Shown here: positions 52,943 to 64,000 of the stretch, piece after piece
Layout of the letters: each line of letters begins with the position of its first letter
Numbering within the stretch: the stretch's first letter is position 1
DNA from: Octopus bimaculoides
Taxonomy: Eukaryota
Direction of reading: 5' to 3'
Assembly: GCF_001194135.2 (NCBI RefSeq)
Contig: NC_068995.1
Coordinates: 461,964 to 525,963 of the forward strand
DNA length: 64,000 nt
Notes under the pieces: generated by a model
What the model was told of the DNA's origin: nothing
What the model saw: only the letters and a program-made list of their open reading frames with translations
Databases searched by the model: none
Made by a program: the position numbers and the translations under genes

Positions 52943-53169
52943 AAGGCGGCGAGCTGGCAGAAACGTTAGCATGCCGGGCGAAATGCTTAGCGGTATTTCG
53001 TCTGTCTTTACGTTCTGAGTTCAAATTCCGCCGAAGTCGACTTTGCCTTTCATCCTTTCGGAGTCGATAAATTAAGTACCAGTTGCGTGCTGGGGTCGAT
53101 CTAATCGACTGGTCCCCTCCCCCAAAATTTCGGGCCTTGAGCCTAGAGTAGAAAAGAATTATTCTTATT
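52943..53169 (+). mobile_element. SINE family A, full length (reference copy)
   Basis: aaggcggcgagcTGGCAGAAACGttagc (A-box-like) ... gaGTTCAAATTCcgcc (B box) ... ctttcatcctttcggagtcgataaattaagtacc ... ctggggtcgatctaatcgact ... attatt tail. May correspond to one of the described octopus OK/OR1/OR2 tRNA-derived SINEs; not verified. Confidence 0.92.
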
Positions 53170-53773
53170 GATGTGACGATCAACTTTTCGTCCGTCACTG
53201 CTCCGTCCGTTGGTTGCCCCGCCCTCTCCACGCTCACCCACGAACTTTAGTACAAGGGGAAAAGGAAAGAGAAAACGGAATTAATAAACAAAATATTATA
53301 TGGAAATAAACAAAATGTCAAAACAACAAACAGGAATTAGTAAACAGGAAATGCCAATACAACAACAACAACAACAACAAGAAATAGAAAAAGAGCAGCG
53401 ACAACGGCAACAACAAGCACAACAACAATTCCTACACCAACAAGAGTAGCGACATCATTGAACGACCACAGCAACAGCAACAACAATAGTATGAGATTCA
53501 TAAATATATGAGAGGGAAATTCATATCCGAGACGGTAACAACAACAACAACAACAACGAAAATATTACAGTAAAAAAAAAATAACAACAACCACAATAGC
53601 AGCAGCAGCAGCAGCAGCAGAATTACGAACGGCATCCAAAAAAAAAAAAGAAATCCAATGCCAATAATTAAATATAGATACGAGCTCTCCCCCACCCCCA
53701 CCCAATAAGCTTGTTCCCCCACCCCAGTCGCCAAACCAGCCAGTCAGCTTACAAACCACCAACAACAAAAGTC

Positions 53774-53823
<50 letters not shown>

Positions 53824-54112
53824 TGATCAATTACATAATCACACATACATATACAAGCACAACACGCACACACATACATACGTATTGATACATGCATATA
53901 AATATATAGCTATATAAACATATATATACTCACACACGTACACACACACACATATACATACATAGCATGTGTATAATATACACGCATACACACTTAGATG
54001 ACAAAGTATTCCACTTATTTTGTTTGAGAATCAACCTGACTTAATGAATAAAGTGTTGATTTGGCATTGGGGCAAGTTGCTGTGTAGGCTGGTTTGTCGG
54101 TGGGTGTGCATC

Positions 54113-54150
<38 letters not shown>

Positions 54151-54242
54151 TAATACATATGGACACAGATAGGTGCATATATATCTGTATGTATAAATAT
54201 GATATATGCTTACATATGTGTGTGTGTAGAGAGAGAGAGAGA

Positions 54243-54274
<32 letters not shown>

Positions 54275-54544
54275 CTGAGAAAGAAAGCGTTAAATAGCAA
54301 AAGATATGTGGGTGTATATATATCTATGCGTACGCATTTCCACACACTCGCCCACATAAACACTCACGCAGATGTACATGCGTACATATATACACCCGAT
54401 GTGCGCGTGTGCGTGTTTGCAGTGTTATTTTATCACTACACGATCAAGGGAAAATGTACTCAATACAAGATGTAGAATATATGTTTTGTAATATACACTT
54501 AACATGATCAATATCTTCCTTGATGCTAATCGGAGTTTCGGTGT

Positions 54545-54770
54545 GTGGCCATTTCCTCAGGTATCGCAGACTGGTCTATTTTGAAAGTTTATTTTATCCA
54601 AGACATAGAACCCTTCGTTTGTTATCACGAGTCATGTAATCTCTGACCATGGATTTTATTGGAGGGCTCACAGAGGAAGATGAAAAAACGCACGCGATAT
54701 TGATAATCATACCCAGGGGAATTATTTTTTTATGCTTTTAAGAGACGACCTCCTTGATACCTTTTAAATA
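54545..54770 (+). mobile_element. Possible very degenerate Tc1/maT catalytic-domain fragment
   Basis: tggcca...gactggtctattttgaaagtt resembles WP....D.SI..IL..V. Weak. Confidence 0.25.
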
Positions 54771-55422
54771 ATTTTTATTTTACTTTTATCCAATTTGTAA
54801 ATCAAATTTTATTGGCATAAGGTAGATTTAAAAGGCTGAAAGCTGAATGTTTATTTGTGAAGAAATATCGAAATTAGGTGGTGTTTCTTGTTAACCTAGT
54901 ATATATATATATATATATATATANNNNNNNNNNNNNNNNNNNNNNNNNNNNNNNNNNNNNNNNNNNNNNNNNNNNNNNNNNNNNNNNNNNNNNNNNNNNN
55001 NNNNNNNNNNNNNNNNNNNNNNNNNNNNNNNNNNNNNNNNNNNNNNNNNNNNNNNNNNNNNNNNNNNNNNNNNNNNNNNNNNNNNNNNNNNNNNNNNNNN
55101 NNNNNNNNNNNNNNNNNNNNNNNNNNNNNNNNNNNNNNNNNNNNNNNNNNNNNNNNNNNNNNNNNNNNNNNNNNNNNNNNNNNNNNNNNNNNNNNNNNNN
55201 NNNNNNNNNNNNNNNNNNNNNNNNNNNNNNNNNNNNNNNNNNNNNNNNNNNNNNNNNNNNNNNNNNNNNNNNNNNNNNNNNNNNNNNNNNNNNNNNNNNN
55301 NNNNNNNNNNNNNNNNNNNNNNNNNNNNNNNNNNNNNNNNNNNNNNNNNNNNNNNNNNNNNNNNNNNNNNNNNNNNNNNNNNNNNNNNNNNNNNNNNNNN
55401 NNNNNNNNNNNTAATATATGTT

Positions 55423-55462
<40 letters not shown>

Positions 55463-55772
55463 ATATATGTTTGCATATATATATATATATATATACATAT
55501 ATATATACACATATATACATACATACAAGCATGCACATATGTCTGTATGTACGTATGTGTGTATGTATATATGTATAAAATATATGTGCGTGTGCTTTTT
55601 CCTATTTGCACTATGTAGGTGACTTTTGCTCTCATATTTTTTTCTGCAAATCACTGTCACGAAACATTTTCTTGTTTTTTAATGGAAATAACAAAATCTA
55701 CAACAGTCCAAGTTAAAGATACTGACCAGTGCCCACAACAACTGACCACCAGAAGTATAACCATTTCGTTAT

Positions 55773-55992
55773 AAGGCGGAGAGCTGGCAGAATCGTTAGC
55801 ACACCGGGCGAAATGCTTTGAGGCACTTCGTCTGTCTGCATGTTCTGAGTTCAAATTCCGGCGAGGTCGACTTTGACTTTCCTCCTTTCGGGGTCGATAA
55901 ATTAAGTACCAGTGAAACACTGGGGCCGATGTAATCGACTGGTCCCCTCCACCAAAATTTCAGGCCTTGTGCCTAGAGTAGAAAGGATTATT
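55773..55992 (+). mobile_element. SINE family A, full length
   Basis: Colinear with 52943-53169 over its whole length. Confidence 0.92.
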
Positions 55993-56429
55993 GCCGTTTA
56001 GCTATCCGGGCTATAATCAGGGAAATACTGCTTGGCGAGTCAGTTCGATAAACCATCATGGATGTAGGGACTAGCGGGCTGGTGCGGGACATGTGCAAAC
56101 TGGAAGGGTTAAACAGGACATGTGTGTACGCGCACACACACACACACACACATAGAAGCTACATTTTGTGTTCGAACCCAGCCGACTTACTTGTGGAGAT
56201 TTACAGAATAGTTTCGCTTCACTTATATATAACGGATTCTGCTACCGTGACTCTCGTTCTACCGTATCCGTTTTGTCAGGAAGAGCAAACAACCCGAAGA
56301 ACAAAACCGTGGAGAAAACGCCGTAGAAAAGAGAATCCGGAATCGAGTCAGGGTGCTCCCTGATGGAACAGCCCCTCATCTCCCAGCTAGTTGACCCCAC
56401 CCAACTCGATTCATTCATGTTAGTGTTTA

Positions 56430-56815
56430 TACTGTTGTTGTTGTTATTGTTACTTAATTTCTTTCGTATCTGTTTCTATGTCAGCTACACAAGATTTAGA
56501 ATTTAGCTTTGCAAAATCCCCTACTCCACAACCCCCGTGCAATACAGAAATTATTCTTTTTAACTCCGGTTTTGTTGGAACTCCTGGAGTCTTCTATGCA
56601 TAGCGGGCTTGCTACCTGCAGCCTACAGTACCATACTATCCATTCTTTTCAACTAATTCCTTCCTGATTATTCTGGCCATGCCAAGGGGGCAAACCTTTT
56701 GCAACAGTTCTACTTGGCATTCTATTCCCATTTCCTTTATATTCCTCTTGATGCCTTCTGATACTGTCCCCAAGGACCCAACAATAATTATTTCGAAGCA
56801 ATTTAGTACACTTGA
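56430..56815 (-). mobile_element. R4/Dong-type LINE 3' end (endonuclease C-terminus, 3' UTR, AAT/AAC tail)
   Basis: Minus strand reads IIIVGSLGTVSEGIKRNIKEMGIECQVELLQKVCPLGMARIIRK, matching the PVVIGALG...LQK..L.GTA.I.RK terminus at 13570-13710. Confidence 0.8.
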
Positions 56816-56834
56816 TTGTCCGGATTAATAAAAT

Positions 56835-57030
56835 GTCGGAAGGGATGAGTTACGGTATTTCTTCCGTATTTTTAAGGTTCTGAGTTCAAAACTCCACCGA
56901 GGTCAGCTTTGCCTTTTATCCCTCCAGGGTCGATAAAATTAGTTACCTGTCACTCTCTATCTTAAATGTAGCCGACTAAACTTCATCCCTCAAAAATGCT
57001 GGCCTTCTGCCTAAGTTAGAGACCATTATT
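56835..57030 (+). mobile_element. SINE family A, degenerate, with (ATT)n tail
   Basis: ggttctgagttcaaactccaccgaggtcagctttgccttttatccctccagggtcgataaaatt..tggccttctgcctaag. Confidence 0.8.
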
Positions 57031-57279
57031 ATTACTATTATTATTATTATTATTTTCGTTGTTGTCGTTCTTGCTATTATTCTAACAAGCAGACAACATC
57101 TCTAGCACATTGCGGTTGGCTGTTTGTTTGTGAGTTGATTCAAGAATGTAATTTGAGATTTGCAATCAAGGTTTCACAGAGGCCTTATCAGGTAAGATAA
57201 AGACACACCTAGGAAATCGTGGCAAACTCACTCAACAAACTCACTCACTCACCACCCGTTACTGTCGTCTATAGTAAAG

Positions 57280-57335
<56 letters not shown>

Positions 57336-57982
57336 ATGTATTATATATACTATATATATTATATATATTTATTTACATTATATAATTGTGTGTGTATGTA
57401 TGTGTTTACAAATTTGAAAGCATGTATGACAGTTCTGTACATATATGTGTGTATGTATACGTATATATATGTGTTTGTGTGTGTTATTTGTAAAATTACG
57501 TAATTTTTTTGTGCATGTCGAATCTGTAAGCGGAACAGTAAAAATATGCAAGTATTTATGACAGCGCAGCACATTTTACTCTTCCTCGTTGTTGTTACCG
57601 AAATCCCAGGAATGTAGTTTTCTCCCTTTGTTAAAATAATCTTCTTTATAGGAGCAATTTGAATAATTTAAAAGAAAAGCAACTCTCACTCTCTCTCACT
57701 CACTCACTCACTCACATACATACATACATACATATATACATAATAAATATCTGTCCTCAGAATTCGATGATGTACATCAACTTGAATTCTACATCTCGTT
57801 TTCGGTAGGGTGGAGGCGGTGCTGCACATCGTAAAATCTTGCAATTCAGCAACACGACGTGCAATACGCCATGATTAAAACAGCAAACGATTTTGATGAA
57901 CGTCTAAAGATTGTTCGGATTTTAACTGGGCTTGAATACGAAATGACGAATTATTATTTATCTGCAATGCAATATGTAACAT

Positions 57983-58029
<47 letters not shown>

Positions 58030-58407
58030 CCATACTTGCAAACATACAAACATGCATACGCACAAACATAAATATATGTATGAATGTATACATATAGATA
58101 CACACATACACAGGTACATTTTACTCTCCTGTTCTGGCAAATAGATATTACAATGAATTTACTCATGTACTTGCATAAGTAAATGTACACGTATGTTTGT
58201 AAGCATGTTTGTATGTCTTTATGTATGTATAGTATGTGTGCTTGTATAAAATTCAGTAGATTCAACAACTCTAGATTTAGATGTAAACATCGCACAAAGA
58301 AACAACACATATATTACATAAATATGCAGCGAAACTTGATAAGACGGAAATTGTGCAGACGCCCCCCGTTTATGCATATATATGTATGTATGTATGTGTG
58401 TGTGTGT

Positions 58408-58446
<39 letters not shown>

Positions 58447-58593
58447 GAGAGAGATAGTGAGAGAGAGAGAAAGGAAGATATGATTGTATACATATACTCA
58501 TACACACTAAGATATATATACATGTATAAATATGCACAAATATAAATATATACATACATATTCTTTATGTATAAACACAAAGTATATATAGTG

Positions 58594-58650
<57 letters not shown>

Positions 58651-59289
58651 TTCATATACGTGTGAACATGTGTGAGTTTATGACCGGGTCTACGCGTCGA
58701 CCATCGCTAATCTAAAAGAAATTGGTGTCGTTTACTTTGTTTCCCTGTCCCGTGATGTAGCGGTTCGTCATATAAAAACTGGTAATTTGTGCTCTAGAAA
58801 CACAATGTGGGTCCGTACGATTGGCTTAACCTTTCAACGGGTCCCGCAGGATTTATGGGGCAGCGTTTTTAACTCGGAAACATTTTATCAAGAGAAGATA
58901 TAAATTGCTCCTGCGCCACATTTGCTCAGGAAACAGTACTCAAGACCAAGTCTTCGGCGGAGAATATTAAACCAGGTCGAGTTGAAATAATTCTTGCCTT
59001 CTGTGTTGATGCGACCATTTAAAAAGAGAAAACAACATAAACCGTGGATCGGTGTTAGTATACCGAAAATCAGTTGAAAGGTAAATGGAATTCTTAAAGA
59101 AAGAGAAACGTTTCAAAGCTTTGCTCCAGCTTGGTCGTGTTTAATGAGTGAAACAAGGAAGAGAGTGAAGAGTATATCTATTACTAGAGCACTATAAGTC
59201 GTGGGTGACAGCTTTCGGAAATAAAGGATAAATAATTATATTAATATGTCAAACATTGGAAGCACCAGATAGTCTGGGTTTCGATAATC

Positions 59290-59370
59290 GTTAAGGTGCT
59301 CTACAGTCGGGGTTCAAATCACACCGACGCCAACTTCAATTTTCATTCTTCTAGAGTCAATAGAGTACCT
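59290..59370 (+). mobile_element. SINE family A fragment
   Basis: ggggttcaaatcacaccgacgccaacttcaattttcattcttctagagtcaatagagtacc. Confidence 0.5.
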
Positions 59371-59751
59371 GATGAGTACAGGTACTCTGCTCGTCTCACT
59401 CGCCTTCTCTTCTACATACAGACATATACAGGGAAGGAATGAACACGGTTTGAAAGAGAAAGAGATAAATAATTAGATACGAAGATGTGTGTGTGCGTGT
59501 GTGTGTAATCGCTTGTTTATACGTTTGTCTACATCAGTACACTAAACATGCACTGAAGAATGAACTCAATACTAGTGAACAAGTAGAGCCAAAACTTACA
59601 AATAAACACTCGCAATTTGCAATAAATACTATACACGCATACACACAGGATCATGTTGAAGCAGCACCATACACACACACACACACACACAATTCACATT
59701 CACACACACATACACATACATATACGTATGTACATATAAATTTATATATAA

Positions 59752-59807
<56 letters not shown>

Positions 59808-60352
59808 AATGCTATATATGTGTGTGAGCGTCGTGTATTACATATGTGTTTTGTAAAGGTGTCTGTGTATAAACACAATGATGGATATGCATACATGTAC
59901 GTATTTATGTGTGTGTGTCTGAATATATATACATGTTTGTGCCCATTCCCATACATACACACGCGCGCACACACAAACAAATACATACACATATACACGA
60001 TGTATATAATGCAAGTATGCACATATGTATGTAGATCTATGTATGTTTGTGTATACATGATTGGTATGCGTTTGCCTGCTGATGGTGCGTGCACTTCCTA
60101 CCAGCCGTATCGCCTGTCGGTCGGCCTCGAGAATATAACACATTTTAACGTTGTTTGCATGAGCTGATGTATGTTACATACCCTGCCACTCTTCTAATAT
60201 ATACGTTTATAATGAGCATGTGGCGACACCTACATTGATATATGTATGTGTGTATGGATGTATGTATGTAGGTAGGTATGCTTGTATCTGTGTGTATATA
60301 TGCATACATGTATGAATATATTTGTATGCGTGTGCATACGTATATATGTGTA

Positions 60353-60440
<88 letters not shown>

Positions 60441-60811
60441 TGTGGGTATACTTATATATATAAGGCGAGATAATACATACAAATAGTAATGTATATACAT
60501 TTGCATGTCTATCTGTAGATCTAGCTATCAATCTATCTATCTACGTGTGTGTGTGTATATACATATATATATATATATACACACACACATACACACACAC
60601 ACATATATGTATATCTATGTAAATGTTTGCGCACTCGCGTGATTGCGCATGCGCAAATGCTTATGCGTGCGTATTAGTACGGTTGTTCGCTTGTACAATT
60701 TACCGCTATATAATACACATATATATATATATATATATATATATTCATATGTATGTGCTTGTATATATATATATGCGTACAATATAACGGTAGCATCAAT
60801 AACATATGTAC

Positions 60812-60864
<53 letters not shown>

Positions 60865-61619
60865 ATCTGTATATGTTATGGTACTCTAAAAACATAAGTT
60901 TTATCCATTAGAAACACACGCGTAAGCACATATATATCACATATGTCGTGGTTTATATTTAACAATAACTCCCACTTCTCTGCCTTTTTTTTCTCCCTGC
61001 GTACACACACATGCACATATACACCCCCACACACACAGATACACACTTACATACACACAAACACACACTCACATATTCATATCAATATACATATATTGGA
61101 TATAAATATACATGTATATCATGTTATGCATTAATTTATCTCTCCCTCGATTTCTGTTCTTCGCTTTCTGTTCGAAATTATTGTATGTATGTATGTATGT
61201 GCGTGCGTGTGTGTGTATGTGTGTGTACAAACATATATACATACATATCTACACTCTAATGCTGCTTGTTAACTAGTTTTGATTATTTAACTTTTCTAAA
61301 GGAATGCCATTCTGAAAGTCCTCGTTCTCTAGAAAATTCGTATAAATTCTAATTACGATATGTTTTTATCAGAACATGATTGTCAAGTTTTTTTGCTCAT
61401 TGAAGATATCGCAATTACACATATAGCAGATAATGCCATTCTGTGCACACCTGTTCAGACGATGTCGATTTGATGGAGGTGGGGAGCTAATGTACAGCGC
61501 AAGCATTTGATCACTATAAACAGATCGTTTGTGAAGATCGTTCGCAAAAGAGCTGAACGTTCATACGTCGTCTTCGACGGTGTAGGGGTCCATCGTATAA
61601 TGATATATTACATTATATT

Positions 61620-61670
61620 TTACTGGTTTCATTTTGAGGTTATGGCCATGCATCAGCACCGCCTTTTGTA
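61620..61670 (-). mobile_element. SINE family B 3' tail fragment
   Basis: Reverse strand aaggcggtgctgatgcatggcc..aatgaaaccagta. A similar plus-strand tail lies at about 59115-59175. Confidence 0.5.
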
Positions 61671-62258
61671 TAAATGCTAGTTTATTTCAAAGTCACTACC
61701 CGTCCCTCTCACCGGGTTTCGCATTAGTGAAGCAATGGTTTTGGAAAGGCTACGCTTCTATGCGGTTTTTTTTTTTTGCTGCGATCTGGGTTCATTTGAT
61801 GCTTCATAAAAACGTTTTTCTAAATGTTCTTTGAATACATCCACGTTGGGGAAAGTTAAGACACTGTACTGATGATGCCCATTGCGACAGAAACACGGGT
61901 CACCATCTACTGACCTCCACTCCTCTTGTCTCCTGACAAGCAGACAGTCTTCTCCCCAACAGCATGTCGTTTCTGGAGAAATTCTTTAATTTCAGGTTAT
62001 CTTCCTTGTCAGTTCCTGCTGGAATATCTACACATAAAGACGTGTGTGTGTGTGTATTTTAGAGATTAGAATATAATGATAAAGCTTGTTAAGATTAATT
62101 TGTCCGCTAGACCGGACATTGTGCATAAACGTGAGTCGTAGACTAGAAGCTGAAGTGGCATAGAAGGATGCCTGTGCAAACTGAGCTCGTTTATGTATAG
62201 AGTTTCTCCATACATACATACATATATGTATATACATGTTTATACGTAGATAAAAAGT

Positions 62259-62298
<40 letters not shown>

Positions 62299-62533
62299 CA
62301 CACACTCACATAGAGAGAAGGGCAAAAACACATACACACATAAACAGATGTGCAAATGCACCATGTATCCTTAGATGTATACGTGATATACTGACATTCC
62401 TATATAAAGTTCATCGATGTATACACGTATGTGTGTGTGAGTGTGTATAACATATATAGACAGATGTATATATATATATCTGTATATATGTATGTATATA
62501 TATATATATGTGTGTGTATAAATATACGCACAT

Positions 62534-62603
<70 letters not shown>

Positions 62604-62789
62604 GAATGCATAATAATAAAACGTTCTCAGTTGCCTCAGCCCTGACCCCCTTCGCCAATACTCCACACATCTCACATGAAACATAAATAGATTCCTCCAA
62701 AATCTCATAAATGGACATTGCTATTATCTCTGTCTGAAACAAAATTCCGCCCTCATTAACCCCCTCCCGGGAACAGGATAAATAAGAAT

Positions 62790-63000
62790 CTCTATGCCCC
62801 ACTGATCCTCATATTGACAAAGAAGCCTTTATGATTTTATAATTGCTAAACCACTTTACCCGTTCGCAGATTACCAAATTAAACCCGCCGACCTTTAAAA
62901 TGTTACCTAATCACAAAAACAGCCAGTTATACCTTACATTCTCCGTCGACCTGCCCACGCGAATACACAAACTTCCTGAATGTAATCAACATAAAAAGCT
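62790..63000 (+). mobile_element. Possible Penelope-like RT N-terminal relic
   Basis: DKEAFMI resembles the ADKG..V(I/V) motif, and LPTRIHKLP resembles LPKIHK. Both matches are short and degenerate. Confidence 0.25.
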
Positions 63001-63594
63001 CCAGCTTCAAACAAAGAGAACAGAAACCCGAACATTGAAGCAAACCACTTTCACCAAAAAGAGACCACACTGCATTGAGCCATTGCACTTCTAAAACTTC
63101 AGTTTGAAAACTAAAGAATCCTACCGTCTGATGATTCCCACCGGAGATGATACTACGAGCCTCAGTGAGACATTGAGATTTCCATTATTTAACAAATAAT
63201 TATTCTTAACCACACAGCCATACTTAGTTGAAGAGTCAGACTTGCAGACATTCTGACGTGCAGACGTACAATTTTAACGCTTTGGATTTGTGCTCTGCAG
63301 ACGACCGCTGTTTGCTTGACGGTTCAACTTGGCAGCTATTGTAAATAACATATTACGCCTTTCCACATACAATAGAAATATGGTCTGCCCACAACAGCAT
63401 GCTGTCTGTAGGTACGCCCAAGATCTCAGTTACATCTGTAATCTTTAAAATGATTTAATGAAACTCGTTAACGAACTTCAAATGGAAGGAATATTTCACA
63501 AGCCATTGTGTCTCACATAAAAAGCATAACTCTTGTATACATATTTTTGTTTATAAACCCATAAATAATATGTTTAGAATTCGGAATGTGTGTA

Positions 63595-63650
<56 letters not shown>

Positions 63651-63660
63651 CATACATACA

Positions 63661-63722
63661 CGCAGGCTGTGTGGTAAGAAGCTTGCTTCCCAACCACATG
63701 GTTCCAGGTTCACTCCTACTGC
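63661..63722 (+). mobile_element. SINE family B head
   Basis: cgcaggctgtgtggtaagaagcttgcttcccaaccacatggttccaggttca. Confidence 0.8.
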
Positions 63723-63859
63723 AAAATATCAGCAGATCGATCTCCGAGTGTCTAGGTACATCATGGGTACACATCCACCCCTGGGATCCCACTGCAGAAA
63801 AACTAAACAATAAAAAAGTCTCGTTAAATAGAACGCTACACAGTCTTTGTTCTGACAAT

Positions 63860-63910
63860 CAAGGCTCTCGGTTCAAATTCCACCGAAGTCAAATTTACTT
63901 TTCATTCTGA
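63860..63910 (+). mobile_element. SINE family A fragment
   Basis: cggttcaaattccaccgaagtcaaatttacttttcattc. Confidence 0.55.
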
Positions 63911-64000
63911 AAAAAGACTCGTATCAATCCAGAATGGTTGAGTGGTGCGATTGTGAGAACATCGAAGCGGATACTTTGTGATATTTGTTCCAGCTCTTTG

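Noticed and set aside
52943-53040. tRNA gene
   Set aside because: A and B boxes are present, but no cloverleaf is evident and the sequence continues into a SINE body. The same applies to family B and C heads.
59362-59388. 9-bp hairpin agagtacct/aggtactct containing CTGATGA
   Set aside because: No GAAA half. It is a short inversion at a SINE end.
61866-61900. CTGATGA...GAAA hammerhead-like string
   Set aside because: Neither stem I nor stem II pairs adequately.

Overview
Eukaryotic, AT-rich, microsatellite-saturated draft-genome window with 17 N-gaps, most flanked by simple repeats. The repeat families suggest an octopus or other coleoid cephalopod; this is inference and was not verified by search. 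No intact protein-coding gene is recognisable, and almost all ORFs in the track are microsatellite or gap artefacts. Identifiable content is transposon debris: three tRNA-derived SINE families, R4/Dong-type restriction-like-endonuclease LINE fragments, CR1-type LINE fragments, DD34D mariner, DD37D (maT), pogo/Tigger fragments, and Penelope-like terminal repeats carrying minimal hammerhead-ribozyme motifs. The most unusual structure is a ~400 bp near-perfect fold-back (12218-12615) fused directly to the 5' end of a truncated R4/Dong LINE. Also notable are four hammerhead-like motifs, an inverted mariner pair made of two 5' ends, a three-piece LINE patchwork, and low-confidence micro-exon chains that may belong to a host gene.
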